A stretch of 59,536 bases of DNA, counting the filler, from Stramenopiles sp. TOSAG23-2 (lineage: Eukaryota): NCBI GenBank assembly GCA_900128395.1. It is 4 parts of 4 records of this genome, joined end to end, with 100 filler letters (N's around TTAATTAATTAA, not from the genome) between each part and the next. Parts side by side here need not be neighbours in the genome. Positions count along the whole stretch, not along the records: positions 29,837 to 44,636 come from LT649744.1; 3 more parts are not named here. One strand, 5' to 3'. The position numbers and the translations under genes are program-made. Under the pieces are notes generated by a model. That model had not been told where the DNA came from, ran no database searches, and saw only the letters and a program-made list of their open reading frames with translations. Below, in pieces: positions 31,667 through 42,715 of the stretch. Position 1 is the first letter of the stretch. Every line of letters starts with the position of its first letter.

Positions 31667-33274
31667 ATGTCATCAGTTACTAGTAGTACTTCTCAAATCA
31701 ATTCAACAAAAAAATATAGTGATAATCTATTCAATGTTTTTTATCCGGCCATTATATCAAAATATAAAACAGATAAAGTAAAACATATTTTTCTTGGAAG
31801 TGTTAGAAATTTTTTAAAAGGAAAAAAAAATATAGCAGATAATCAAACATGTGATATAATAAGTATTGCTGATATTATGACCATTTTGAATGCACAAAAA
31901 GATCATCAAGTTAAATTTCAAAGCTTGTATAATTCACTATCTGATTTTAATTTAAAGTCATTTATTATTCCACAAACAATAACTGCACAATATTATGTGG
32001 AGACGGAAAATGATAATATAGGCAACATGTTAAAACCTGATTTTGTAATTAAAGATTATATATATCAAGATATTACAAAAAAATGGAAATATTCTGCTTC
32101 AATTAGTATTTACATTTGCACTAGCAGACAAATGAAGAATGCATATACAAATTACGAAACAATTACGTGTCCGAAAAATAAATACTGGGTTTTATTATTA
32201 GCTGAACAAACACTCTTGTCCTGTCCTAGTGGAAATTATTGTGAACCATGCATAAACAAATTGGCTGGGATACAAGTTGGCATTGGTTTATTGCACTATA
32301 CCGATTTCGATGGAAATGTTGTTGAGAATGTTGAGAAAGAAGAGATAGCAAAGGTTCATGTAGATAGTATTGGAATTTGTTCATTTTCACCTAAACATAC
32401 ACTTGGTGTTGGTGTTTCTAAAATAACAATTGATTGCCCTACGAAAAAAGTTGTTGGAAAAATGTTAACAACGCAATTAGATAATTATCTCCTAAGCACT
32501 GATGGAGAAAATATTATAGGCTCAAGACTTGCAATTAAATGGGCAGGCGGCACTTACTACAATGGGACAGTTACAGGTTATAATGAGAATGAACAATACA
32601 AGTATGAAATAACATATGATGATACTGACGTTCGCCGATATAATTTTAACATGGCTGGTAGTATTGGACTCGTAGCATTTAATACACATGGCAATCATCA
32701 TGTAAAGATAGTAAAACTAGCTTTAGCGGACAATGACAATATATTTTATCTTGATCAATGTGAAGGTAAAATAATAGTTTTACCACATTATTGCAATTTC
32801 AAAACATTGAATTTATCTGCATCTTTACATCCAATGGCATCTGCTATAAATAAAGAAGAATTATTATCATCATTTGAAACAATAAAAAAGTTCATAAATA
32901 TTCCAGGTAGAGTTGAAAAAGGTTTTGCCGTGCAACCAGTTGTAAAATTAGCAAGAGCAAAACGTGAAGAATTAAATATGGATAAGAAAACATGGCAACG
33001 AGATATAGCACCACACTTTGGAACATTATTAAAAGCAATAAGAAAGTTTAATAATTATAAAAAAGTACGGAGAATCTCGATGGAATATAATGAAAAGAAA
33101 AGCACAAATTTAAAACCATTGGAAATAAAACGCCATTTATCGAATGAAGGTATTGGATTGTTGAATCGCGCAATGTCCTTCGAATTTCCGGAGGAGTACG
33201 AGTCCATGGACGACAACATGTTTTATGAATCATCCTGCCACGAAGCAATGTGGGATGCGCCTAGATTGGTATAA
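31667..33274 (+). CDS. Hypothetical protein with central Tudor-like domain
   Basis: 535-aa ORF; IGSRLAIKW..YYNGTV..Y..YEITYDD.D. Confidence 0.65.
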   Translation: MSSVTSSTSQINSTKKYSDNLFNVFYPAIISKYKTDKVKHIFLGSVRNFLKGKKNIADNQTCDIISIADIMTILNAQKDHQVKFQSLYNSLSDFNLKSFIIPQTITAQYYVETENDNIGNMLKPDFVIKDYIYQDITKKWKYSASISIYICTSRQMKNAYTNYETITCPKNKYWVLLLAEQTLLSCPSGNYCEPCINKLAGIQVGIGLLHYTDFDGNVVENVEKEEIAKVHVDSIGICSFSPKHTLGVGVSKITIDCPTKKVVGKMLTTQLDNYLLSTDGENIIGSRLAIKWAGGTYYNGTVTGYNENEQYKYEITYDDTDVRRYNFNMAGSIGLVAFNTHGNHHVKIVKLALADNDNIFYLDQCEGKIIVLPHYCNFKTLNLSASLHPMASAINKEELLSSFETIKKFINIPGRVEKGFAVQPVVKLARAKREELNMDKKTWQRDIAPHFGTLLKAIRKFNNYKKVRRISMEYNEKKSTNLKPLEIKRHLSNEGIGLLNRAMSFEFPEEYESMDDNMFYESSCHEAMWDAPRLV

Positions 33275-33440
33275 AAAAAATAATGAATTTTGAAATAATA
33301 AAAAAATAAAATAAAATAAATACATATATATATTAAACCAGTACATATATAATATATCATAATATAAAAATATAATACACACACACACACACACAAGGAG
33401 ACACACGCATAAATACAATATAATACCTCTCATAAACAAT

Positions 33441-34445
33441 ATGGCACAAATTACCTCAGCAGAACAAGCATTGAAAGACTTAGTGGAAACATATTTAAAA
33501 GAAACACCCAAGATTGATTCATCATTAAAAACATTATTATCGATATCTATTGCAAAAAATCAAACTACAAATGAACAAACAAATACACCATTATCAGCGA
33601 ACGTTTGCTTAGAACTTATCCGATCGATAAGTTTAAGTATCAACAAAATTGAATTACTTGAACCATTAGTATGGTCTAGTAAATTTCCTCAAAAGGAAAA
33701 TACAACAGGAATGCAAAGAATGGATGAAATTGCTGAATATAAAGCTTTATATACGCTTCATAGAACATTGAAAATGAACAGTAAGAATAACAATAATATT
33801 AAAATAACAAAAGCATTTGGTGTTTCGTTTCTCAAAACAAAAGGTATCTTACATCAAGTTATTGAAAATGCAAATATATTATTATCAGAATCTTTAAAGC
33901 GAAAGGGAAATTTAAAGTTGAAGAAAGAAGATGTCGATAATTTCTACAAAAACTTTTCGCAATCTGTATATTTAGCTCCAAATATGAAAGAGAAGAAAAA
34001 TGTTGAAGTCATAAATGATGATGAGAACAAAACAAATGATGCTAATGATGATGATGTTGATACCAATTCATTGCTAGATATTGTCTGGTTATCCAATTGG
34101 AAAGCTGAAATTGAAAAGCGTCGTGAATTGAGACATGAAAAAGTAAAAGAACGTATGAAACGTGATGAAGAGATTGCAAAAGATTTAGTAAAAGAACATT
34201 TGGAAGCTATAAAGGAGATGCCATCACAAGTGAAGAATACGGAAGAGTCGATGGATAATAATAATAATGAAACAACTACTAATAAAAAACCAGATGTATT
34301 ACAAGTATCATCAGTCATTCGAGACAAACTTATCAATGAAGGATTTTCAAAAATAAATGTATTAAATGCTTTGATTGATGCCAATGGTGATATTGACAAA
34401 GCACGAGATATATTAGTGAAAAATACAGGGAAAAAGACGCCATAA
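33441..34445 (+). CDS. Helical protein with C-terminal UBA-like domain
   Basis: LINEGFSK..V.NAL..ANGDIDKARDIL. Confidence 0.7.
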   Translation: MAQITSAEQALKDLVETYLKETPKIDSSLKTLLSISIAKNQTTNEQTNTPLSANVCLELIRSISLSINKIELLEPLVWSSKFPQKENTTGMQRMDEIAEYKALYTLHRTLKMNSKNNNNIKITKAFGVSFLKTKGILHQVIENANILLSESLKRKGNLKLKKEDVDNFYKNFSQSVYLAPNMKEKKNVEVINDDENKTNDANDDDVDTNSLLDIVWLSNWKAEIEKRRELRHEKVKERMKRDEEIAKDLVKEHLEAIKEMPSQVKNTEESMDNNNNETTTNKKPDVLQVSSVIRDKLINEGFSKINVLNALIDANGDIDKARDILVKNTGKKTP

Positions 34446-34640
34446 CCACACATATCCTTTTTTATATATATTGTAATTGATGCGAGTGAAAAATAAAATC
34501 TATGTATCATACAAAATGGTATCATATCAAATATTTTTGAAAAAATATACTCATATTACGAACCACCTCGCGTATTTACGAACATTACAATATCTATATT
34601 ATATTTTGTAATATTTTTTGTTAAAATATTAAATGTACTC

Positions 34641-35621
34641 TTATACCCCTTGTTGCATTAATATTTTCTCTCTGATGTATTCATAAAATACAAACGTTGC
34701 ACCAGTTGAAACGACTGATTTTAACATTCCAGGTAAAAATCCTTTATATAAACCATGAACAATACCACCTTCTTTTCGTACAATTTTAATTATACAATCA
34801 ACCATACCATTGTATTTTCGATTTGGACCATATACACCTTCATTACGTTCAATACCTTGCAGCTGCAATCTTTTTTTAGCAATATCCAAAGGATATAAAA
34901 CAGTTTTTGTAACCAAACCAGATAATGCCCCGCATACTAAAGGATTACTGTTGATTATAGTTAAACGTTTCTGAAAAAAGCCATAGGAACTAAATGTTAA
35001 CCCCATAGATGGAGCGACATATAATAATGCAGGACTTATACCTTTATATAAACCTTTTGGCCCAGTACCTTTCAACATACTCCATATTGTATTATATTTT
35101 TTTGGCAAACCTTGACCAGCAAATCGTGTTCTTAAAACATCCAATGGATGAGTTGATAATGTAGCAACAATACCAGCGCAACAACCAGCTGCAAAATCTA
35201 TTGTTGCGCTTGGAAAAACAAAAGACGATGAGGACGATGATGACATTCTATTATTATTATTATTATTATTTTTCAGATTCACTTCTTGAATATTATTTAA
35301 CATCTGTTGTAGATGGGCAAAAATAGGAAATTGTATTGTACCATACCCAACCCATAAACATAATGCTGGTATATTTCCTCTGAAAAATGTTATAAGACCT
35401 TCTTCTTTATATATAGCTCCAGCTGTAGACATTAAGCGTTTCCAACTGGTTGCAAATATATCACTATTATTGATATTATTAATTTTGGAGGCATCTAACT
35501 GCATACGTATTTTAATAACATCAAATGGTGCAGATACTATTCTACTAAAAAATCCTGCACCAGCACCACCAAGTGCAGATGATTTCCAAGACGTTGTATT
35601 TCTTGTACTGGCAGTATACAT
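34641..35621 (-). CDS. SLC25A19: Mitochondrial carrier, thiamine pyrophosphate carrier-like
   Basis: Three PxDxxK/R signatures (PFDVIKIR, PLDVLRTR, PLDIAKKR); RGNIPA, RTRFAGQG and KKRLQ are typical of TPC1/SLC25A19. Confidence 0.8.
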   Translation of the reverse strand: MYTASTRNTTSWKSSALGGAGAGFFSRIVSAPFDVIKIRMQLDASKINNINNSDIFATSWKRLMSTAGAIYKEEGLITFFRGNIPALCLWVGYGTIQFPIFAHLQQMLNNIQEVNLKNNNNNNNRMSSSSSSSFVFPSATIDFAAGCCAGIVATLSTHPLDVLRTRFAGQGLPKKYNTIWSMLKGTGPKGLYKGISPALLYVAPSMGLTFSSYGFFQKRLTIINSNPLVCGALSGLVTKTVLYPLDIAKKRLQLQGIERNEGVYGPNRKYNGMVDCIIKIVRKEGGIVHGLYKGFLPGMLKSVVSTGATFVFYEYIREKILMQQGV

Positions 35622-36091
35622 ACATATATCGGTATTATCATATTTTATTTTGAACACAATAAATATTCATATATTCGTTAGGCAACTTCTTATATATAGC
35701 TTCTATTTTCAAATGGAATTACAATAAAAATGTGTGCCAGGTGTGCACGCAAACAACACGCATAAAAAATTACATTGGTACAGAGATATTAGTTATGTGT
35801 ACGCTGAAGCATCGTATTCACCTGCTATAGAGGTATTAATGGTGCTAGCCCAGCTAGCTGCACAGTCCGAATTTTTTAGAAAAAAATGAAGCAAATTTAT
35901 AAAACTATTTAAATTACTTTTATACTTTAGTGGATTTATTGAATTTATAATAGGTGCTTTAATCAGATTTAAACATTTTCGTTATAGTTTTTAATGTATA
36001 TTAATATAAGATATTTTCTGGAATAAGAAGTAACAACAAAACTACGCCCATTCTAATGTTTTTTAGGACGCCCCCTATACTCCTATACTAC

Positions 36092-37546
36092 CTAAGAAAA
36101 GAACTCGAAATCTGAGTCCGAAAATATGAGTCCATATGGGTGAAAGTCATGTGCATATGCTATCGCTTCAATATGATTGCGACAAAAGTCATGTGGAAGA
36201 CCAGGCGCCTGCTCGCACATATTGTAAAACTCTTTAAAAGACTTCCACTTCTCTGGGGACTTCCGGATATATAGAGGGACTCGGGAAAGCGTGCTTCGAG
36301 AAAGCCACAATTCTGGATCTGCTGAAACTGTCCCATTCTCCAACAAAGTGTTCTGTGCTATATGTCTCCACGTACGCAACCTCTGGCTGTTGTATTCGAT
36401 GGCTTGTCTATATGATGCAACCTCCAGTTGGTGTTCAGCCTTCAGAGCTTTGAGGTGGTAAGTGAAATACACCAAAATCATGAGAATGCACCAAAAGGAG
36501 TTTTCTTTGACCACTTTTTTGGCAGCACGGCAGGCATCACCGATTGCAGTACCATTACTCGTGAAATAGTCGTCAACAAGTGTTTGGGCACTCTCCACGT
36601 TCAGTTGGAACAAAGAACTCCCTGCAAAACCTCCACTACCGCGCTCTTCCGCACCTTCGTACATGCTTCTTATGTACAATTTGGCGCTCCACTTTTTGAA
36701 AAATAAAACAGGCTTGTTCTTCGCATCGATGAACCAGTCAAGTAACCACTTGCCAATACCTGACCCGGTAAATCGCATTGCGATTGACCAGTTTTCTTTC
36801 AAGGAAGAATTCGAGACAAGGTGAACGCACATGTCGTGGCGGAAGAACACGCAATCCTTGCGGTGCACGGTAATATTCCAGTGTGGCAGTTCTTTCCACA
36901 TCTGCGCCGCGTTGTCCGGGTCAATATAGACGGCGGTGGAAGTTTTGTACAGCTTGTACTCACCACTTTCCAAAACATATTTTGAACATTCGGGTGTCAA
37001 CAGGCGAAGCACTCGGTCTTGAGTGTACCCGCAAGGGCACAAGCCGTTCGCTTTCGTCAACCAGATCAGTGGGTAGTCGTCCTTGTGCGTGGATCCCAAG
37101 CGCTTTGAGGCATTGCTCTCGCTGGCATAGCGCCCCACGAAAAACAAACGAACCACAGCTTTGCCTACAGTGGCGTAAATTTTCTGCAGGTCGTTGTTTG
37201 ACGTGTTCTCTGCTGGGGGAAACGACGGATAAAGTTCTACTAACAAGCCATCGCCCTTTGTGACGTCCTCGGGAAAGGTCTCGTTCCGGCAGAAGTGATT
37301 CGCGCCCACATCACGGGCGTAAATGGGATAGTTTCCGCTATTCATGGTTTTTTGAATGGTAGTCAGGTTGGCTGTTGAGACGTTCAGCACGCCGAACTGA
37401 GAGGTGCGCGCCGCCGAGGCCAAGCAGCTTTCTTGGAGGGTGCCGCAGTGGACGTGGTGAGTGCTCGCAAGCAGGAACAATGCGAAGCGAACGACGGTAG
37501 TCAGTGGACTAGTCACAATGCTAGTCCTTAGTCGCGACGTCATCAT
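36092..37546 (-). CDS. Hypothetical single-pass membrane protein, GC-rich
   Basis: Long ORF with signal-like segment, N-glycosylation sequons and one TM (FWCILMILVYF); no family recognised. Confidence 0.6.
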   Translation of the reverse strand: MMTSRLRTSIVTSPLTTVVRFALFLLASTHHVHCGTLQESCLASAARTSQFGVLNVSTANLTTIQKTMNSGNYPIYARDVGANHFCRNETFPEDVTKGDGLLVELYPSFPPAENTSNNDLQKIYATVGKAVVRLFFVGRYASESNASKRLGSTHKDDYPLIWLTKANGLCPCGYTQDRVLRLLTPECSKYVLESGEYKLYKTSTAVYIDPDNAAQMWKELPHWNITVHRKDCVFFRHDMCVHLVSNSSLKENWSIAMRFTGSGIGKWLLDWFIDAKNKPVLFFKKWSAKLYIRSMYEGAEERGSGGFAGSSLFQLNVESAQTLVDDYFTSNGTAIGDACRAAKKVVKENSFWCILMILVYFTYHLKALKAEHQLEVASYRQAIEYNSQRLRTWRHIAQNTLLENGTVSADPELWLSRSTLSRVPLYIRKSPEKWKSFKEFYNMCEQAPGLPHDFCRNHIEAIAYAHDFHPYGLIFSDSDFEFFS

Positions 37547-38239
37547 TTCACCAAAACAGATAAATTTTTTAATTGCATTTTGTCCATGTTCTTTTGCCAT
37601 TTTTTTTATCAACTACTAAAATTGTAAAATAGGTATACCAATTCTGAAATTGGTGCACTAGTAAAATCTAGTAATTCTTAATATTATCATAATATTTTTT
37701 TTTTTTCAATTCTTTTAATTCAGGCCAATCATCTATACTACCATCTAAATTACAATTAAAATCTCCAACAGTAATTATATTTTATTATCGGTTTGATCAA
37801 TTAGTAGTATTCTAGAAATGCATGTACCTGTATAGATAGAACCCTGAAAAATTTGAGATGTTGCCAGTGCTTCATGCTATGACCTTGCTAAAAATTGAGA
37901 TTTTGCCCTCAAAATTTTACAATGGACATACCATGAGCAATTTTCTAGTCCAAAAAGTCGAACGTACGAATCGCATTTACAACAACATTTTTTTATACCA
38001 TGGGGCCCTCCCCTTAATAAAATATAATAGTTCCAAAAATAACACTATACACAAAATAAAAAGAAGATTGACCTAAAAGACTGTACTAACAGAAATACAT
38101 ACATGTACATCTAATGAGTAAATAATTTTATTTTTTTTTTTAAAAAATATAAATACCTGTAAATTATAAAAATTAAGAGAATTTAATTTTAAAAATATTA
38201 TATTATATGATGTTTTAATGAAAATCTCTCTCTTTTTTT

Positions 38240-38908
38240 TTATGCGAATGATCGATTTAAATCAACATTGCTATTATTGTTGGTATCATCTTTTACCTCT
38301 TCCTCCTCCTCATCCGCCACTTTATCTTCTGATAAGTATGACAATAATAATTTTTTGATTTCATCATTTTTTGCTTTAGTTATACACGTATCTCCATGTA
38401 TATCTTTTTTTAAAATCATTTCTTTCCTGAAATTTGGATGATCTAAAATTGCTTTACATATTTCATGATAACCGCAATAAGAGCTGATCATTAAAGGCGA
38501 TGTTCCGTACGAGGCTGATTGAAAATCGATTGATGTAAACTTTAACAATCTTTTCACTATTTTTATATGATTCTTTGAACAAGCGTGAAATAGAGCACTG
38601 CATCCTGAATTGTCAACTATATTAATATCTAAATTTTCGACATTTAACAAAAGTTCCAAACTTTCTATATGCCCTTTAAGACAACAAATACCCAAAGGAG
38701 TAACGTCCCATAATCCTTCGGTATCCTTACCTATGATATTCACATCCTCGCCGATATCGAGAAGCTTCTGTAGTTCTTCTACTTCATTAAACTCTGCTGC
38801 CTCAATTAAAGTATATAAAGCTTCTGAATCAAAGCGGACACGCTGTTCTTTTATTTTTAACTTTTGTAAAAGTGATTTTGTAGGTGATGTGGATAATAAT
38901 GAAGCCAT
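38240..38908 (-). CDS. Ankyrin-repeat protein with RVxF motif (MYPT/PPP1R16-like PP1 regulator)
   Basis: RVRF directly before LIEAAEFNEVEE, then TPLGIC, GCSALFHAC and SPLMISS ankyrin repeats. Confidence 0.8.
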   Translation of the reverse strand: MASLLSTSPTKSLLQKLKIKEQRVRFDSEALYTLIEAAEFNEVEELQKLLDIGEDVNIIGKDTEGLWDVTPLGICCLKGHIESLELLLNVENLDINIVDNSGCSALFHACSKNHIKIVKRLLKFTSIDFQSASYGTSPLMISSYCGYHEICKAILDHPNFRKEMILKKDIHGDTCITKAKNDEIKKLLLSYLSEDKVADEEEEEVKDDTNNNSNVDLNRSFA

Positions 38909-39216
38909 GTTGTATTATATTATAATTTTTGTTAACGATTATCTTTTGATTTTTATCAACATAGTGTGTCTATATGAACTGTGATATATGCATATATACA
39001 GCAGTATTTATATTATAGTACTATGAATAATATTTTCAAACTATTATTCGATTTAACAACAACAAAACTTGTTGCTTGCCAGGCTTGCCTATGTAGAACT
39101 ACCACCTGTGTGGTGGTAGCTCTATTAATAGTATTAATATTCCTTACCAGCTTAGGACTTAGGAATTAATACATTTTTTTGTGGTCCAGTTACAGTGTTT
39201 CCTGGTGTTGTACGAA

Positions 39217-39345
39217 TACAGTCGATCAGAGGAAGATCTGCAATCAACACCCCCTCCGATTTTACAAAAAAAATTAAAATTAAGTACAATATTAGTATAC
39301 TATAATTTAACAACTTGATAGGAAATCGACTAAAAAATGTAACAA
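39217..39345 (+). mobile_element. Repeat family A with putative terminus TA|CAGTCGATCAGA
   Basis: Shares its end with 29685-29736 and its internal part with 8848-8960; no transposase seen. Confidence 0.55.
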
Positions 39346-39494
39346 TTGTACCAAAATTGATAGTATAAAATTTCGAATTGCAAAAACGTTTCTAATATAC
39401 AATGTTATTTTTTTATTTATATGTCGACATAAAAAATAAAAAGGATATATATATTTTTTTGTAAAAATTCTAAAAAAATTTATATGAACCACCA

Positions 39495-40985
39495 CTAACA
39501 CAAACCAAGTTGATTCTTCAATACTTTCAAATCCACTGGTGAGGGACCCAATGGACTCCACCGATTACCACTTTTTGGTGGATAGTCCCCACCACCATTT
39601 TTTGGAATTTCAACACCATCAAATTTCCAAAAAGTAAATCCTCTAAAACATGATGTTTCTTTATCTTGTTGGTTAAATACGTCAGGTCTTGTTTGAATAT
39701 AATCAAATGCTGCCTTTACATAATCTGTCATATCAGCATCGTTGTTATATTTGATACATGCAGGTCCACAATGTTCTGGATTTGGTGTGTATGATTTGTA
39801 CTCATGTGCAGATGCCGCTACTGGTAATCCCAATACCCAAGGTATGCTACATTTCTCTCCACTAGCACCACCTGTAACTTTCAAAACTGCTTCTACTTGT
39901 CTCTTTAACTTTTTACCATATTCATCTGGTGTATTAAATCTCATATCAATATTATCAGGATACAAATCATAACCCGAAACGGCGAGCATGCCATTTACGT
40001 TCAATGCTTCTAGTAACGTATCATCCACGGATTCAGCAAACGTAAATGTACTAATGTACCGACCATTTGGATGAGCGTCATCAACGCAGTTTCCCGTTCT
40101 TAAAGCTTTTGACATTCTTCCAATGGCATCAATAGTAGAATCTCTCCATGGATTTGCTAGTGGTTCCAAATCAATTTGCACGCCACTTACACGAGAGTTG
40201 GCACATGCAACACTTGCTACTTCCTGAGCTAAATCGTCCAACTTTTTGGATGAAATGTTTCTTAATGATGGGCTAGAATCACACGGGTATTTCATTCGAT
40301 TGGACATGTTGTACATGTTATACTCCTCACATAAATCCATCCTGCCGTCAAATACCAATGTAATATGTTCCACTCCTGCTACTTTTGAGAAGGCCTCGAC
40401 GTTTGATGCACTTTGTTCCAGTTTGACAACAGCATCAGCAACACTTGGTAATGGTGGATTTGGTCCACTCGGTAATTTTGCACAATCACTGGGTTGTAGT
40501 GGAAGAATTAAATTTGGAAAAGTGCCGTACGCTCTAGGCCAACATTCTTGTGTGAAGGAGGCGTTGTATAACATGATCATAAAATGTATGTTGTCATCCA
40601 TAGTAACTACAGCTTCTGAATTTGCCGGTACAGAGCCGGAACAATGAACATATTCATCATGTTTGCATTTGTCCGCTGCACAAGCTATGATACTAACCGC
40701 GGTTGCTTCTGTATTCTTAACAACGAAACGTCTTGCTGAGGGTGTCGTTGGTATATTTTTGTTAGTGCAACGGAGGGAGACCTTGCTCATGGACCTTGAG
40801 AACCAGCCACCGTATGCATTCACTATGGTTATGGTTGAATTTGATGAACCTGGAAGATTATTAAATTGAGATATTATGCCAGATGGTGATTGTTGATAAG
40901 TGTACACTCTGTGGCCGTACGGTGGTAAGGAAGAAGCGAGGTACAGCGGTAAAAACAGCGCGGTAAGGACTAAATGGAATAACAT
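39495..40985 (-). CDS. Secreted GH18-like TIM-barrel glycoside hydrolase with Cys-rich insert
   Basis: Signal peptide; SGVQIDLEP (variant of DxxDxDxE), SGYDL, VLGLP, RGFTFW. Confidence 0.72.
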   Translation of the reverse strand: MLFHLVLTALFLPLYLASSLPPYGHRVYTYQQSPSGIISQFNNLPGSSNSTITIVNAYGGWFSRSMSKVSLRCTNKNIPTTPSARRFVVKNTEATAVSIIACAADKCKHDEYVHCSGSVPANSEAVVTMDDNIHFMIMLYNASFTQECWPRAYGTFPNLILPLQPSDCAKLPSGPNPPLPSVADAVVKLEQSASNVEAFSKVAGVEHITLVFDGRMDLCEEYNMYNMSNRMKYPCDSSPSLRNISSKKLDDLAQEVASVACANSRVSGVQIDLEPLANPWRDSTIDAIGRMSKALRTGNCVDDAHPNGRYISTFTFAESVDDTLLEALNVNGMLAVSGYDLYPDNIDMRFNTPDEYGKKLKRQVEAVLKVTGGASGEKCSIPWVLGLPVAASAHEYKSYTPNPEHCGPACIKYNNDADMTDYVKAAFDYIQTRPDVFNQQDKETSCFRGFTFWKFDGVEIPKNGGGDYPPKSGNRWSPLGPSPVDLKVLKNQLGLC

Positions 40986-41689
40986 GTTGCTTTGGATTTT
41001 ATTTTCAGCGTTACAAATTAATAAAGCGTTAAAGATGTTGTGGTCAGCCTCCTTTTTGAGAGTAGCTCTACCCAGAAGAGTCCTAAATTATAACAAAATG
41101 ATGGAGATGGATCCGACGTAAATCCTAATATATCTCTATAAAATGTTTCAGTAATTACTTTTGATCCAACTTGTATATTCAAATGTTCGAACCATTGAAT
41201 TCCAGGAACGTCAAGATTTGTATCAGTAAAATATTTATTTGCATCAGCTTACATATCGGTATATGAAAATAATAAATATGTATTGCATAATAAAAAAAAA
41301 CAACTGCACAACTACTGAAACAATATATATTTTTCTTCTTTTTTTATACTAGCTAACTACCACCACCAGCAGGTATTACCAGGTATTATGGGGAAAAAAA
41401 ACACCGAAAAATCAAAAAACATATTTTTTTATTATACATACTCGTAATATAAAAACAAATATTTTTTAATATGCCCCATGCCCCACTAAGACTAGTAAAT
41501 TTAATCCCAGGTGTACGACTACGTTGTCGTGACGATGCTCTCACTGCTGCTTGCCTTGCTTTTAACATTTTTTCATGGTTTAACTTTGCTATCATATGTT
41601 CTCTACGAGGGGATGAGTTTCTATATTATAAGTAGGTAATGCATTTCTTGTACACATTTTTTGCACGAAGTGCACATTTTTTGCATGGT

Positions 41690-42416
41690 TTAGAGGGTAG
41701 CACTCCTGGCACTGCGAACGCTCAATTCCCCTTCACTACATGGTACTTTATTACCATTAGCATCATGAAAATTTGCTTTTCCACCATGGGAACGTATTAA
41801 CGCAATTATTTCGTCCTTTATTAGACTATTATTATTTTCAATTGCCCTGTCCAAAGGAGTCGTCTCATACCATCCCTTGCGATTTATTCCATTTCCTATC
41901 TCCACTTGCTTGATTTACCATATCTTTCAAGTTCATTGTATCATTTTCGTTCATTTCATTTATTTTAATATATTTCGAAAAAGGATGCAAATTCACAAAT
42001 AATTCAACATCGTTCTTACGACCTGCTTGAATGGCGCGTATAAATAGTGTACATCCGCGTATGACATATTCTTCGTTGTCGTAGCTTTCGCCATCTTCAA
42101 AGTGACTTAATTCTTCTTTGTATCTCTTATATAAATCACGTAATCGTCTTGGATTTTCTGTGTACCTACGAAGATAATAATTGAATGACATATTACAATT
42201 ATTTTCAACTAATTGTTTTATTAAACTTGACTCTGTTACATTCAATAATGATTTTGTATCTAAATATTTTACAATATATTGAAACAAACCAAAAATATTA
42301 CATACAGAAAAAAAATCAAATTCACTGTACTCGTTCTTTGTCCCTTCCTCTTCTTCTTCCTTTTCTTTCGTTTGGAATTTCGTTGCTAAAATATAATCCA
42401 TGGTCTTTCCTTTCAT
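41690..42416 (-). pseudogene. Ankyrin-family paralog with internal deletion and frameshift near 41893
   Basis: LKDMVNQ (frame 1) and INRK..TPLDRA..IIALIRSHGGKANFHDANG (frame 2) match 14929-15383, but the middle repeats are absent. Confidence 0.65.
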
Positions 42417-42715
42417 ACAGGATAATTATATAATATATGTTAGATGCCTCTATTTATTATCTGCATATCATTTTATATTTATTTGAATGTGAATATTTAT
42501 TATAAATGTGTAATGTGTACCTATTATTTTATATGGATATAATATGTAAAGATGTGTTGACCATTATTGAGGCACTCTGGCACTCTAGGTAGTTTTTTTG
42601 GAGTTCATTTATGTGGATTAGGACACTCCCACAGCACTCTCCAGCACTGAGAAAATGCCAAATGCCAAATGTGATATTCCAGAACACAATCTCCTTAATT
42701 CCATCTACTGTATTT

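Noticed and set aside
23762..33274. SET + TRF + Tudor chromatin gene cluster
   Set aside because: The Tudor gene is across a spacer, and two adjacent genes are not evidence of a cluster.
41386..41620. 69-aa ORF downstream of the ankyrin pseudogene
   Set aside because: Looks like a coding fragment but has no recognisable domain or convincing splice link.
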